This document shows, piece by piece, positions 36,315 through 46,808 of a stretch of 64,000 nucleotides of DNA. Location: NCBI GenBank assembly GCA_035714365.1, contig DASTMB010000037.1, positions 159,647 to 223,646 on the forward strand, written 5' to 3'. Below the pieces are notes generated by a model that worked only from the letters and a program-made list of their open reading frames with translations, searched no databases and had not been told where the DNA came from. Each line of letters begins with the position of its first letter. Within the stretch, counting starts at the first letter, position 1. Origin of the DNA: Mycobacteriales bacterium (GTDB lineage: Bacteria > Actinomycetota > Actinomycetes > BP-191). The translations under genes and the position numbers were made by a program.

Positions 36315-36899
36315 TTGCCGAGCCCCCCCGAAGAGGAGGTTTCCGCCTACGTCGATGAGTCGTTATCCTTCGAGGGCGGTGGCTGGTACCTCCTTGCAGC
36401 AGCCATTGTTAGCAAGTCAGATAAACACGAAGTTCGCCAAAGGCTGCATGATCTTCTGCTCCCGGGACAGCGCCGTCTCCACTGGCGCGACGAGAACGAC
36501 AGCCGCCGCGTGGATTTAGCGAAGGGAATCGCGGAGCTGCCTGTGACGAAGTTGGCAGTCGCCTGTCGTCACGTCACCCGTGACACGCAAGAGCGCGCGC
36601 GGCATCAGTGCCTTACCCGACTCCTGTGGGAGCTCGATCGTCGGCATGTCGCCCACCTCGTGTGCGAAAGTCGACAGACGCGTCTTGATGCCGGTGACCT
36701 CTCCGTTGTTCGAGGTGTCCGGCGGACAGGAGGGATATCACCTCTCCTTCGCGTCTCCTTTTGCGCCGCGCCTGACGAATCCCTCTTATGGATCGCAGAC
36801 ATTCTCGCCGGAGTAATAAGCAGATCGCTTCGGGACAAGGCGGCGCAGCCCGGCCTCGGGTTCACGCCCGTGCGAGAAATGATTTGGCTGCACGACTGA
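36315..36899 (+). CDS. DUF3800-family protein (paralog 1)
   Basis: N-terminal YVDESLSFEGGGWYLLAAAIV and C-terminal LLWIADILAGV, matching the DUF3800 YxDESG ... QxADLxA pattern. GAGGAG RBS. Lies in a locally lower-GC segment. Confidence 0.6.
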   Translation: MPSPPEEEVSAYVDESLSFEGGGWYLLAAAIVSKSDKHEVRQRLHDLLLPGQRRLHWRDENDSRRVDLAKGIAELPVTKLAVACRHVTRDTQERARHQCLTRLLWELDRRHVAHLVCESRQTRLDAGDLSVVRGVRRTGGISPLLRVSFCAAPDESLLWIADILAGVISRSLRDKAAQPGLGFTPVREMIWLHD

Positions 36900-37213
36900 T
36901 GCTCAAACAGCGCGAAGGCCGGGGTCCCGTCGTCCGGCGGGCATACCCGGCCCCACTTCTGGAACCCTCGTGAGTCCCAGCACACGGATTGTGCCTCGAA
37001 CGGTTGGGTTCGTCAACGCATGATGGCTCCACGGATGCGCGAAGCACTGGTGGTGGTGGCGCGGGTGAACCTTCCGCGCACTCGGGGGTTAGCCGCCGAG
37101 CACATGCATGTGCTCGGCGGCCGGGTAGTCAACGCACGAATAGGTGCCGCGCGGGCGCGCGAGGCAACCATTCGGGTAAGTCGGCGCGTGTGTCGTCTTG
37201 TAGAGGAGGAACG

Positions 37214-37441
37214 ATGCCAAGCGCGGGTGACGACACCTTTGACGATGATCGGATCATCGCGCTACTCAAGGACTCGGTACCAACAGCGCCCGTTGCTATC
37301 GATCCAGTAGCCGTCAGAGATCTAGCCCAGCAGACGGAGTCGGGCAGCGACGGCTTCAGTAGCCACCGTCTCCTTCCGGAGCGAAGGCGTTACTGGCACG
37401 CAGCGGGCTGTGCGTTACCGCGCTCGCCGCGATGCCACTGA
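37214..37441 (+). CDS. Small hypothetical protein (75 aa)
   Basis: Strong RBS GAGGAGG 6 nt before the ATG, in the lower-GC segment. No recognisable domain. Confidence 0.3.
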   Translation: MPSAGDDTFDDDRIIALLKDSVPTAPVAIDPVAVRDLAQQTESGSDGFSSHRLLPERRRYWHAAGCALPRSPRCH

Positions 37442-37769
37442 ACCGGCGCACGATCAGCGGGGACGCGGTTGAGCGGCCTGGACGGCGCCATGCGGCCGCC
37501 TATGCTCTAGGCGCCGTCACCAAGACGCCACAACGGAGTCGCGTTCAGGAGCTGGCGCTGGGCCTGGGTCGCGGGAGACGAGCCCGTCGCGCGTTTCACC
37601 CGCAAAATCTGGTGCTGTCACCGACAGCACGTAGCCGGATGAAGCCGATATACTGCTGAGCAAGACGGAGGTCCCTGAGCACGGAACATCGGGGCAACGC
37701 CGTTTCGGCAGGTCAGAGCGGTGCCTCGATCGGTTTCGATTCCCGTCACCCGCTCCAGCCCGGGCCGTG

Positions 37770-38312
37770 TCAGCAGGCGCGCGAGCCCGCCACCGTGACC
37801 GTCCGGCAGCCGAGATACTCCGAGTCGCTGCTCGTGCTCGCGCCCGCGAACACGAAGATGAACACCAGCCCCATGATCACGATGTTCGCCCAGGCGATGA
37901 CCCGGGCGGCGGTGACGAACCCGCTGCCGCTCAGCCGGCCCTGCGAGGCGCGGATCGACCGCGACGCCTGGCCGGCGAGCACCAGCGCGACGATGGCCGG
38001 GATGACCGGGCAGACGACCCAGGCGACGAGCGACGTGACGAACGCGCCGATCGCCTTGCCGTCCGTCTGCGGCGGGCCGTAGCCGTACCCGTAGCCGGGC
38101 GGCGCGTACGGCGGCGGCGTGCCGTAGCCGGCGTAGCCGGGGTACTGGCCGTACCCGGGCTGCTGGCCGTACCCGGGCTGCGCGCCGTACCCGGGCTGCG
38201 CGCCGTAGTCGCCCGGCGGCGGGCCGGGCGGCTGCGCGCCGGGGCCCGGGGTCCAGCCGGAGGGCGGGAGGCCCCAGCCGGGCGCGTTCGGGTCGTTGCC
38301 GCTGTCGGTCAC
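37770..38312 (-). CDS. DUF4190-family membrane protein with a Pro/Gly/Tyr-rich N-terminal region
   Basis: PGYG repeats, then GKAIGAFVTSLVAWVVCPVIPAIVALVLAGQASRSI and a second hydrophobic helix. Confidence 0.6.
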   Translation of the reverse strand: MTDSGNDPNAPGWGLPPSGWTPGPGAQPPGPPPGDYGAQPGYGAQPGYGQQPGYGQYPGYAGYGTPPPYAPPGYGYGYGPPQTDGKAIGAFVTSLVAWVVCPVIPAIVALVLAGQASRSIRASQGRLSGSGFVTAARVIAWANIVIMGLVFIFVFAGASTSSDSEYLGCRTVTVAGSRAC

Positions 38313-38348
38313 GCAAGCCCCCTCGGCTCGGGTCCGGTGCGGCGGAGC

Positions 38349-38708
38349 CTAGCCGAGCGAGGTGGCCGACGCGGCGCCTACGCCGATGACGAGGAGGAAG
38401 ATCAGCAGGAGCAACGCCGCGAACCCGAGGTGCACCCAGGCGATGATCTTCGCGGCGGTGACGATGCCGTCGCCGCCGACCCGGCCGTTGCCGGCCGCGA
38501 TCTCCGCGCGCGCCTTCGGCACGAACACGAGCGCGACGATCGCGGGGACGACGGGGCAGACGAAGAACGCCGCGATCGCGAGCACGAGCGCGAGGACGGC
38601 GTTGGTGCTGGTCGTGGTGGCCGGCGCGTAGGCGTAGCCGGGCGGCGGCTGCTGCTGCCCCCACTGCGGCTGCTCGCCGCCGTACTGCGGCATCCCCGGG
38701 TCCGACAT
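38349..38708 (-). CDS. DUF4190-family membrane protein (second copy)
   Basis: Internal ATG start (MSDPGMPQYGGEQPQWGQQQPPPGYAYAP). AVLALVLAIAAFFVCPVVPAIVALVFVPKARAEI motif. The upstream part of the track ORF is Arg/Cys-rich junk. Confidence 0.55.
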   Translation of the reverse strand: MSDPGMPQYGGEQPQWGQQQPPPGYAYAPATTTSTNAVLALVLAIAAFFVCPVVPAIVALVFVPKARAEIAAGNGRVGGDGIVTAAKIIAWVHLGFAALLLLIFLLVIGVGAASATSLG

Positions 38709-38739
38709 CGCCACCCCTTCCGGTCGAGTGGCGGGAAGG

Positions 38740-39822
38740 CTACTCGTTCGCGGCCGACCGCAGGCGCGCCAGCGACCGGGCCAGCAGCCGCGAGACGTGC
38801 ATCTGGCTGATGCCGACGCGCGCGGCGATCGCCGACTGGGGCAGCCCCTCGAAGAACCGCAGCCGCAGGATGTCCCGCTCCCGCTGCGGCAGCGCGGACA
38901 GCGCCGGCACCAGCCAGGAACGCTCCTCCACCACGCGGTAGCCGTCCTCGACGGCCGGCGTGTCGTGCCAGGCGCCGGTGTCGTCGTCGTCGCGCGGCCG
39001 GTCGAGCGAGTCGACATGCAGCGCCGACCGCGCCTCGAGCGACTCGATCACCTGCTCCTCGGTCGCGCCGAGGCGCACGGCGAGCTCCTTCGGCGTGGGG
39101 GTGCGGCCGAGCTCCTGGGTGAGGTCCTCGCTCGCCGCGCGCGCGGCGAGGTACAGCTCCTGCACCGGGCGGGCGACGTGCAGCGTCCAGGCGTGGTCGC
39201 GGAAGTACTTCTTCAGCTCGCCGACGATCGTCGCCTGGGCGAACGTCGCGAACTTGTTGCCGCGCCCCGCGTCGAACCGCTGCGCCGCCGTCACCAGCCC
39301 GACGTACGCCACCTGCCGCAGGTCCTCGGCCGGCTGGCCGCGCCCGGTGAACCGGGCGGCGAGGCGCTCGGCGAGGTCCCGGTGCGTCCGGACCAGCGTC
39401 TCCACGTCGTCCGAGTGCGGCGGCACGGCGCGCAGCCCGGGCGCCGCGCCGGGCACCGGCTGCGGCGCCACCTCCGCCGGCGGGGCGATGTCCTCGACGC
39501 ACGCCGCCAGCCCCGGGTCGGCCGCCAGCAGCACCTCGGCGACGTGCGCGGCGGGGTGCGCGAGCACGAACCGCCGCCCGGCGCTCTCCACGATCTCGCG
39601 GGCCTCGCCGAGGGTGCGCACCGCCCGCGGGGCCAGCGCCGTCACCGCCGCCAGGTCCAGCACGACGAGCGGCGCGTCGGCGCGGCAGGCGCTGGCGACG
39701 CAGGCGTCGACCAGGACGCCGCTCTCTCCGTCGATCTCCCCCGAGACGTCGATGTGGGCGACGCCGTCCCGTCCGCTCACGAGCCGCAGCTCGGCCTGCA
39801 TCCGCATGCCGGGTGATCCCAT
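38740..39822 (-). CDS. Fusion of an N-terminal STAS (anti-sigma-factor antagonist) domain to a SigB/SigF-type group-3 sigma factor
   Basis: STAS-like N-terminus (LRLVSGRDGVAHIDVSGEIDGESGVLVDACVASACRADAPLVVLDLAAVTALAPRAVRTL). Sigma regions 2-4 (DLRQVAYVGLVTAAQRFDAGRGNKFATFAQATIVGELKKYFRD ... LPQRERDILRLRFFEGLPQSAIAARVGISQMHVSRLLARSL). Exact start among M1/M6/M8 is uncertain. Confidence 0.65.
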   Translation of the reverse strand: MGSPGMRMQAELRLVSGRDGVAHIDVSGEIDGESGVLVDACVASACRADAPLVVLDLAAVTALAPRAVRTLGEAREIVESAGRRFVLAHPAAHVAEVLLAADPGLAACVEDIAPPAEVAPQPVPGAAPGLRAVPPHSDDVETLVRTHRDLAERLAARFTGRGQPAEDLRQVAYVGLVTAAQRFDAGRGNKFATFAQATIVGELKKYFRDHAWTLHVARPVQELYLAARAASEDLTQELGRTPTPKELAVRLGATEEQVIESLEARSALHVDSLDRPRDDDDTGAWHDTPAVEDGYRVVEERSWLVPALSALPQRERDILRLRFFEGLPQSAIAARVGISQMHVSRLLARSLARLRSAANE

Positions 39823-39900
39823 CCGATCACGCGGCCGCCGGCGATGCCGGAGCCGCGACCCCGACGAGCGCCGTGCTCTCGACCTCGTTCTCCGTGCTGC

Positions 39901-40911
39901 TTACCCGCCGCCGGGGGCGGTAACCGCCGCCCCCGCGACGGCGCGGACACGCCACCCGGCCCGCACCGCGCCGGGCTCGGCGAGGGCGACGACGCACCCG
40001 CCGAAGCCGCCGCCGGTCATCCGCGCGCCGTGCACGCCCGGCGTCGCCCTGAGCCGCTCCGCCAGCCGGTCCAGCGCGGGCGTCGTCACCGCGAAGTCCT
40101 CGGCGAGGCTGGCGTGGCTCTCCACCATCGCGCAGCCCGCGGTGCGCAGGTCGCCCGACCGCAACGCGTCCGCGAACGCGCGCACCCGGGCGTTCTCCGT
40201 CACGACGTGCCGGGCGCGGCGGCGCAGCAGCGGGTCGCCGATCGCGTCGACGTCGGCCAACGACGCGTCCGCCAGCGGCCCGACCAGCGCGGCGGCGGCC
40301 TCGCACTCGGCGCGGCGGTCGGCGTACGCGGTGCCGGCGAGGACGCGTTCGCCGGAGTTCACGACGACGACCTCGACGCCGTCCGGCAGCGGCACCGGCG
40401 TGACGTCGAACCTCGTGAAGTCGACGACGAGCGCGTGCCCGTCGCGGCCGAACGCCGACGCCATCTGGTCGAGCAGCCCGGTCGGCGTGCCGGTGGCGAG
40501 GTGCTCGGCGCGCTGGCAGGCGCGGGCCAGCTCCATCGGCGGCCCGGCGAAGCCGAGCGCGAGCGCGACGGCCAGCTCCAACGACGCCGACGACGACAGC
40601 CCGGACCCGATCGGCACGGTGGACGAGACGGCGCCCACCCCGCCCGTCGCGGGCCGCAGCACCGCGACGACGGCGGCGACGTACCGCGCCCAGTCCGGCG
40701 TCACGGCCGCCGGGTCGGCGACGTCGAGCGGCACCTCGCACGGCTCGGGCCGCACGTCGCTGGTGAGCCGCACCACCGGGCCCCCGCGCCGCAACGTCAC
40801 CGTGGTGCCGAGGTCGATCGCCATCGGGCAGGCGAGACCGCCGGCGTAGTCGGTGTGGTCGCCGATGAGGTTGACCCGCCCGGGGGCGAACGCGCGCACG
40901 GTGTCGCTCAC
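39901..40911 (-). CDS. galK: Galactokinase
   Basis: GRVNLIGDHTDYAGG galactokinase signature. GHMP ATP-binding motif PIGSGLSSSASLE. Confidence 0.85.
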   Translation of the reverse strand: MSDTVRAFAPGRVNLIGDHTDYAGGLACPMAIDLGTTVTLRRGGPVVRLTSDVRPEPCEVPLDVADPAAVTPDWARYVAAVVAVLRPATGGVGAVSSTVPIGSGLSSSASLELAVALALGFAGPPMELARACQRAEHLATGTPTGLLDQMASAFGRDGHALVVDFTRFDVTPVPLPDGVEVVVVNSGERVLAGTAYADRRAECEAAAALVGPLADASLADVDAIGDPLLRRRARHVVTENARVRAFADALRSGDLRTAGCAMVESHASLAEDFAVTTPALDRLAERLRATPGVHGARMTGGGFGGCVVALAEPGAVRAGWRVRAVAGAAVTAPGGG

Positions 40912-40962
40912 GCCCGCAGTCCTACCGCGCGCGTACCGTCGGGCGCGAGCGGAGGTTCGCCG

Positions 40963-41937
40963 ATGATCACGCCGGGTAACAGCGGCGCCATGAAGCCGAG
41001 ATCACTGCCGTGGCGCTCCCCGCGCGGCGTGCTGGGCCTCACCCCGCCGTACGGCGGGCTGAAGGACCCGTGCGTCGTCCGCCTCGGCGACGAGTGGCAC
41101 CTGTTCGCGACCGGCTGCAAGGAGGGCTGGACCTACGACGTGGTGCACGCCGTCGCGCCGCACCCGCTGGGCCCGTGGACGATGCTGCCGCCGTCGGTCG
41201 TCACCGGCGCGACCGGCCCGTCGACCTGCGCGCCCGGTGTCGTCGCCGACGGCGACCGGCTGCACCTGTTCCTGCACGAGGCGTACAACCTGCTCGGCGG
41301 CACCGTCACGCACCTGGTCTCCGACGACGCGGGCGCGTCGTTCGCCGCGGTGTCGACGGCGCTCACCGCGCTGCCCGGCACGGCCGAGGCCGGCCTCTAC
41401 GACGCCCACCCCGGCGCGGTCGGCGGCGAGCGGTACCTCGTCTACTCGGCGTTCGCGACGGTCGGCGAGCCGGACCTGCACCTGGCTCGCAGCGAGTCCG
41501 GCACCTGGGACGGGCCGTGGGAGCGGCTCGGCCCGGTGCTCGCCCACGACGACGTGCCGTTCCACAACCGGCGCGGCTGCGAGCACTACGAGTGGGGCCT
41601 GGAGGGCGGGCAGCTCGTGGAGCTGCCGGACGGCCGGACGCTGCTGCTCGGCGTCTGCTTCCTGCCGACGGGCGCGCCCGGGGCGCGGCAGCGGGCGTTC
41701 CTCGCCGTCGCCGACCGGCCGGCCGGACCCTACGAACTGGTCGGGCCGGCGCTGGACCCGCGGTCGTACGGCCGCACCGGCGAGAACGGCCACGGCGCGG
41801 CGGTCGTGCACGACGGCGAGGTGTACCTGTTCTTCCAGCACCGCGACGGCGACGGGCTGCCGTGGGACCTGCACGTCGCCTCCGTGCCGGCCGACGCGCT
41901 GCCGGGCCGCGCGGAGCCGTTCGCCGTGGTGGCGTGA
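40963..41937 (+). CDS. Glycoside hydrolase, five-bladed beta-propeller type (GH43/GH130-like)
   Basis: GGAGG RBS 7 nt upstream of the ATG. LKDPCVVRLGDEWHLFAT resembles the GH43-type DP-containing first blade. Repeated W/Y-rich blades. Confidence 0.6.
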   Translation: MITPGNSGAMKPRSLPWRSPRGVLGLTPPYGGLKDPCVVRLGDEWHLFATGCKEGWTYDVVHAVAPHPLGPWTMLPPSVVTGATGPSTCAPGVVADGDRLHLFLHEAYNLLGGTVTHLVSDDAGASFAAVSTALTALPGTAEAGLYDAHPGAVGGERYLVYSAFATVGEPDLHLARSESGTWDGPWERLGPVLAHDDVPFHNRRGCEHYEWGLEGGQLVELPDGRTLLLGVCFLPTGAPGARQRAFLAVADRPAGPYELVGPALDPRSYGRTGENGHGAAVVHDGEVYLFFQHRDGDGLPWDLHVASVPADALPGRAEPFAVVA

Positions 41938-41968
41938 CGTTCGTCGCGCAACGGGGTAGGCAGGCGCC

Positions 41969-42985
41969 ATGACGCTCCCCACCGCCCCGCTGGGCACGAC
42001 CGGTCTCGACATCACGCGCGTGGGCTTCGGTGCCTGGGCCATCGGCGGCGGGGGCTGGGTCGGCGGCTGGGGCAGCCAGGAGGACGACGAGTCGGTCGCC
42101 GCGATCCGCGCCGCCGTCGAGCGCGGCGTCAACTGGGTCGACACCGCCGCGATCTACGGCCTCGGCCGCTCCGAGGAGGTCGTCGGGCGCGCGCTCAAGG
42201 ACATCCCCGACAACGACCGCCCGTACGTGTTCACGAAGTGCGGGCTCACCTGGGACGACAACGGCGACGGGCCGCACAACGTCATGGCGCCGGACTCGGT
42301 GCGCCGCGAGGTCGACGCGTCGCTGCGCCGCCTCGGCGTGGACCGGATCGACCTGTACCAGGTGCACTGGCCGCCGACGGACGGCACGCCGCTGGAGGAG
42401 TACTGGGCGGTGATGGCCGAGCTGAAGGAGTCCGGCCAGGTCCGCGCGATCGGCCTGTCCAACCACGACGTGAAGCAGCTCGCGCAGGCGGAGGAGGTCG
42501 CGCACGTCGACTCGCTCCAGCCGCCGCTGTCGCTCATCGCGCGCGACGCCGCCGCCGACGTGATCCCGTGGTGCGCCGAGCACGGCACCGGCGTCGTCGT
42601 CTACAGCCCGATGCACTCCGGCCTGCTCACCGGCGCGATGACGCCGGAGCGGGTGGCGTCGCTGCCGGACGACGATTGGCGGCGTTCCAACGACGACTTC
42701 ACCGGCGACAAGGGCCGCGCCAACATGGCGCTCGCCGACGCGCTGCGGCCGGTGGCCGAGCGGCACGACGTGCCGGTCGCGGCGGTGGCGGTGGCGTGGA
42801 CGCTGGCTTGGCCGGGCGTCACCGGCGCGATCGTCGGCGCCCGCAACGCCGGCCAGGTCGACGGCTGGCTGCCTGGCGCGTCGTTGCGGCTGACGGACGA
42901 GGACCTGGACGAGCTGGCGGCGGCGGTGCGCCGCACCGGCGCCGGCAGCGGGCCGCTCGACCCGCGCGCCGAGCCGCGCGGCTGA
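41969..42985 (+). CDS. Aldo/keto reductase
   Basis: [30 protein letters not shown] and IGLSNH motifs. Confidence 0.85.
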   Translation: MTLPTAPLGTTGLDITRVGFGAWAIGGGGWVGGWGSQEDDESVAAIRAAVERGVNWVDTAAIYGLGRSEEVVGRALKDIPDNDRPYVFTKCGLTWDDNGDGPHNVMAPDSVRREVDASLRRLGVDRIDLYQVHWPPTDGTPLEEYWAVMAELKESGQVRAIGLSNHDVKQLAQAEEVAHVDSLQPPLSLIARDAAADVIPWCAEHGTGVVVYSPMHSGLLTGAMTPERVASLPDDDWRRSNDDFTGDKGRANMALADALRPVAERHDVPVAAVAVAWTLAWPGVTGAIVGARNAGQVDGWLPGASLRLTDEDLDELAAAVRRTGAGSGPLDPRAEPRG

Positions 42986-43005
42986 CCGCCGTGGCCCCGC
43001 GCACG

Positions 43006-44043
43006 ATGCGGGCCGCCTACCTGCCCGGGGGACGGGTCGTCGACCTGCGGGAGATCGAGGTCCCGGTACCGGGGCCGGGCGAGCTGCTGCTGCGGATGGG
43101 CGCGTCCACCATCTGCGGCTCCGACCTGCGGGCGATCTACCGGGAGCACCTGGGCCACGGCGCGGAGGCGTACCAGGGCGTCGTCGGCGGGCACGAGCCG
43201 TGCGGCGAGGTGGTGGAGGCGGGGCCTGGCGTCACGGCGTTCGGGCCGGGCGACCGGGTCGTCGTCTACCACATCGCCGGCTGCGGCTCCTGCGCCGACT
43301 GCATGGACGGCTACGACATCTCCTGCCAGTCGCCGGAGCGGAAGGCGTACGGCTGGCAGCGCGACGGCGGCCACGCCGACTTCATCCTCGCGGACGAGCG
43401 GTCGCTGGTCCGGCTGCCGGAGGAGCTGTCGTTCCTCGACGGCGCCAGCGTCGCGTGCAGCGTCGGCACGGCGTACGAGGCGCTCTGCCGGATCGGCGTC
43501 TCCGGCCGCGACGCGCTGCTCGTCACCGGCCTCGGCCCGGTCGGGCTGGCCGCCGGGCTGCTCGGCAAGGCGATGGGCGCGACGACGGTGATCGGTGTCG
43601 ACCCCGCGCCCGAACGCCGCGCGCTCGCGGTGGGGACCGGCGCCGTGGACGAGGCGGTGCCCGCGGACGCGAACGCCGCCGCCGAGGTGCGCCGGCTCAC
43701 CGGCGGGCACGGCTGCGAGACGGCCGTCGATTGCTCCGGCGCGGCGTCCGGCCGGCTCACCGCGGTGGACGGCGCGCGGCGCTGGGGACGGGTGGCGTTC
43801 GTCGGGGAGGGCGGCCGGGTCGACCTCGACGTCAGCCAGCAGCTCATCCACCGCAACCTCACCGTGCTCGGGTCCTGGGTGACCAGCCGGTGGCGCACCG
43901 CCGAGCTGCTGGAACGGCTCGTAAGGTGGGGGCTGCACCCCGAGGTGCTGGTGACCCATCGGTTCCCGCTCGAGCAGGTGGCGGAGGCGTACGCAGTGGC
44001 CGACAGCGGCGTGGCGGGCAAGGTCGCGGTGGTCGGGAGGTGA
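43006..44043 (+). CDS. Zinc-dependent alcohol dehydrogenase (MDR family)
   Basis: [21 protein letters not shown] structural-zinc motif, and Rossmann fold [10 protein letters not shown]. Real start is an internal ATG of the longer track ORF. Confidence 0.85.
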   Translation: MRAAYLPGGRVVDLREIEVPVPGPGELLLRMGASTICGSDLRAIYREHLGHGAEAYQGVVGGHEPCGEVVEAGPGVTAFGPGDRVVVYHIAGCGSCADCMDGYDISCQSPERKAYGWQRDGGHADFILADERSLVRLPEELSFLDGASVACSVGTAYEALCRIGVSGRDALLVTGLGPVGLAAGLLGKAMGATTVIGVDPAPERRALAVGTGAVDEAVPADANAAAEVRRLTGGHGCETAVDCSGAASGRLTAVDGARRWGRVAFVGEGGRVDLDVSQQLIHRNLTVLGSWVTSRWRTAELLERLVRWGLHPEVLVTHRFPLEQVAEAYAVADSGVAGKVAVVGR

Positions 44044-46808
44044 GCGCTCCGCTCGCCTTCGACGAGTACGGCGTCGCGTCGCTCGACGGTGTCTGGGCGT
44101 TCACGCCCGAGGGCGGCGAGCCCACCACCATCGAGGTCCCGGGGCTGTGGGAGGCGCAGGGGCACCTGGAGCTCGACGGCGCCGCCGAGTACTGCCGCCG
44201 CTTCGCGCTCGCCGACACGGCCGGCTACTGGACCCTGACGTTCGGCGCGGTGATGGACCTGGCCGAGGTCTGGCTCAACGGCACCCGCCTCGGCGAGCAC
44301 GACAGCGCGTTCACGCCGTTCTCGTTCGACGTCTCGGGGCTGCTGCGCGACGACAACGAGCTGCGCGTGCGCGTCTACGACCCGTCGCTGGCGGAGCCGG
44401 AGCACATCCGGCTGCCGCACGGGAAGCAGGGCTGGGCGAACAACCACTTCCCCAGCCGGCCGAGCCTCTACATGACGTACGGCGGCATCTGGCAGTCGGT
44501 GACGCTGCGCCGGCACGGGCCGCTCGTCGTGGACGACGTGTTCGTCAACGCCGACCCGGACGACCTGCGGGTGCGCGTCGAGGTGACCAACCGCGGCGCC
44601 GAGCCGGTCGCCGCGCGGCTCGGCGTGCGCGCCGTCGCGCGGGTGCGGATCGAGGACGTGACGGTGGCGCCGGGCGCGACAGAGGTCGTGGAGGCCGCAT
44701 TCGGCGCGACCGACGCGAAGCGCTGGTCGCCCGCCGCGCCGAACCTCTACACCGCGCTGGTCGACGTGCTGGTCGGCGGCGAGCAGAGCGACACGGCGCG
44801 GGTGCGGTTCGGGCTGCGGACGCTGCGGCTCGACGGCCCGACGCTGCTCATCGACGGCGAGCCGTACCGGATGAAGTCGGTGCTCGTGCAGGGGTTCACC
44901 GCGGACCGGCTCTACGCCGAGGGCACCCGCGAGGAGGTCGAGCGCGAGGTGCGCGCGGCGCGGGACATGGGGTTCAACACGCTGCGCCTGCACATCAAGG
45001 CGTTCGACCCGGTCTACCTCGACGTCTGCGACGAGCTCGGCATGCTGCTCGAGTGCGACCTGCCGGTCGCCGAGCCGATCGACCACGACGACATGGGTGC
45101 CGACACCGAGACGGCGCGCGCCTGCCTGCGCGCGATCCGCGAGCAGGTCCGCCGCGACCGCAACCACCCGTCGGTGATCCTCTGGGCCGCGATGAACGAG
45201 CTGACGCTCGACCGCGAGGGCGCCCACTACTGGGACAGCTACGAGGAGTTCGCGAAGACGCTCTACGACGCCGTGGTCGAGCTGGACCCGACCCGGCCGT
45301 GCATCGAGAACGAGTGGGTCGAGCCGGAGCCGGAACGCGTCTTCCGCTCGCCGATCCTCACCGCCCACTGGTACGGCCGGCTGCACGCCGAGTACCTCGC
45401 CAAGCTCGAACGCGAGTCCGCGCGCTACCGCGACGTCGGGATGCCGCTCTACGTCACCGAGTACGGCGACTGGGGCCTGCCGCAGATGCCGCTGCTGCCG
45501 GACGCGCCGTTCTGGGACACCCACGACATCTACGCGACCGGGCTCGCGGCGTCGTTGTGGCCGTCGACGGTGGCGCGGTTCGTGACCGAGACGCAGCGGT
45601 ACCAGGGGCTGTCCGACCGGCTGCAGACCGAGGTGTTCCGCCGGCACGACCACATCGGCGGCTACTGCCTCACCGAGCTGACCGACGTGCCGCACGAGCT
45701 GAACGGCGTGCTCGACCTGCACCGCAACCCGAAGCCGCTCGCGGTGGCCGAGGTCGTGCGGATGAACCAGACCGTGCTGCCGATGCTGGAGCTGGAGTCG
45801 CTGGTACACACGGCCGGGACGCTGCTCTCCGCGCCGTTGCACGTGAGCAACGACGGCCCGGCGCTGGCCGACGTGACGGTCGAGGTGCGCTTCGGCGACA
45901 CCGCCGCGTCGCTGTCGCCGGAGGAGCTGGCCGGGCTGGACGCGAGCGAGCTGAACGAGGCGAAGGCGCTGGCGCGCTTCGACGAGTCGTCGTGGGGCAC
46001 GCGGATCCCGGTGCTCGACGCGTACCGCGCCGCGCCGCACGGCGAGGTCGTCATCGCGGTGCCCGAGGTGCCGGGCAGCCACGACCTGGTGCTGCGGCTG
46101 TCGGCCGGCGGCGTTCCGGTCGCCGAGAACCGCTACCCGATCCACGTCGTGCGGCCGCCGGACGCGGCGTACGCCGTGCGGGTCGTCGGCGAGCGGCGGA
46201 CCGCGGAGGCGCTGTCGCTCGTCGGCGCGACGGTCGGCGACGACGGCCCGACGTTCGTCGCCGAGTACGGCCTGACGCCGGACCTCACCGCCGACCTCGC
46301 CGAGCGGCTGGCCCGCGGCGAGACGGTGGTGGTGCTGGCGCAGCGCGCCGAGGCCGGGCCGCACTACCCGGTGCCCGCCGAGATCGTCGACGTCGAGACG
46401 GTGTGGGGCTCGACGGTGTTCCACTTCACGACCGACGAGGGGTCGCTGCCGTCGCTGCCGCGCCGCGCCGTCCTCGTCGCCGAGGACTCCACGATCCAGG
46501 CCACGGCGATCGTCGTGCGGCTCGGCGGCGAGGCGTGGCCGGACGTGCCGGAGGTCATCGCGTACAAGCCCGCGCCGAACGCCGTCACCGGCCGCATCGT
46601 CGGCTCGCACCGGGTCGGCGCGGGGCGGCTGGTCGTCTGCCAGTACCGGCTGGTCGGGCCGGCGCTGCGCGGCGACGCGGCCGCGCTCGCCGTGCTGTCC
46701 GACCTGGTGCGCTGGGCCGCCGACCCGCCGCCGCGGCTGACCCGCGACCGGCTGGTGAAGGACGACGGCCGGACCGTGACGTTCTACTCGTGGGAGCCCG
46801 TCGCATGA
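44040..46808 (+). CDS. Glycoside hydrolase family 2 (beta-galactosidase/beta-mannosidase-like)
   Basis: GTG start overlaps the ADH stop (GTGA). [22 protein letters not shown] sugar-binding domain. [13 protein letters not shown] acid/base region. TEYG nucleophile region. Confidence 0.8.
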   Translation: MSAPLAFDEYGVASLDGVWAFTPEGGEPTTIEVPGLWEAQGHLELDGAAEYCRRFALADTAGYWTLTFGAVMDLAEVWLNGTRLGEHDSAFTPFSFDVSGLLRDDNELRVRVYDPSLAEPEHIRLPHGKQGWANNHFPSRPSLYMTYGGIWQSVTLRRHGPLVVDDVFVNADPDDLRVRVEVTNRGAEPVAARLGVRAVARVRIEDVTVAPGATEVVEAAFGATDAKRWSPAAPNLYTALVDVLVGGEQSDTARVRFGLRTLRLDGPTLLIDGEPYRMKSVLVQGFTADRLYAEGTREEVEREVRAARDMGFNTLRLHIKAFDPVYLDVCDELGMLLECDLPVAEPIDHDDMGADTETARACLRAIREQVRRDRNHPSVILWAAMNELTLDREGAHYWDSYEEFAKTLYDAVVELDPTRPCIENEWVEPEPERVFRSPILTAHWYGRLHAEYLAKLERESARYRDVGMPLYVTEYGDWGLPQMPLLPDAPFWDTHDIYATGLAASLWPSTVARFVTETQRYQGLSDRLQTEVFRRHDHIGGYCLTELTDVPHELNGVLDLHRNPKPLAVAEVVRMNQTVLPMLELESLVHTAGTLLSAPLHVSNDGPALADVTVEVRFGDTAASLSPEELAGLDASELNEAKALARFDESSWGTRIPVLDAYRAAPHGEVVIAVPEVPGSHDLVLRLSAGGVPVAENRYPIHVVRPPDAAYAVRVVGERRTAEALSLVGATVGDDGPTFVAEYGLTPDLTADLAERLARGETVVVLAQRAEAGPHYPVPAEIVDVETVWGSTVFHFTTDEGSLPSLPRRAVLVAEDSTIQATAIVVRLGGEAWPDVPEVIAYKPAPNAVTGRIVGSHRVGAGRLVVCQYRLVGPALRGDAAALAVLSDLVRWAADPPPRLTRDRLVKDDGRTVTFYSWEPVA

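Noticed and set aside
37732-37757. Possible tRNA gene
   Set aside because: Only a T-arm/acceptor/CCA-like 3' segment with an imperfect T-stem. No 5' acceptor strand, D-arm or anticodon arm. Treated as a possible att remnant only.
43311-46610. 1099-aa minus ORF antisense to GH2
   Set aside because: Arg/Val/Gly-rich junk. GH2 motifs lie on the plus frame.
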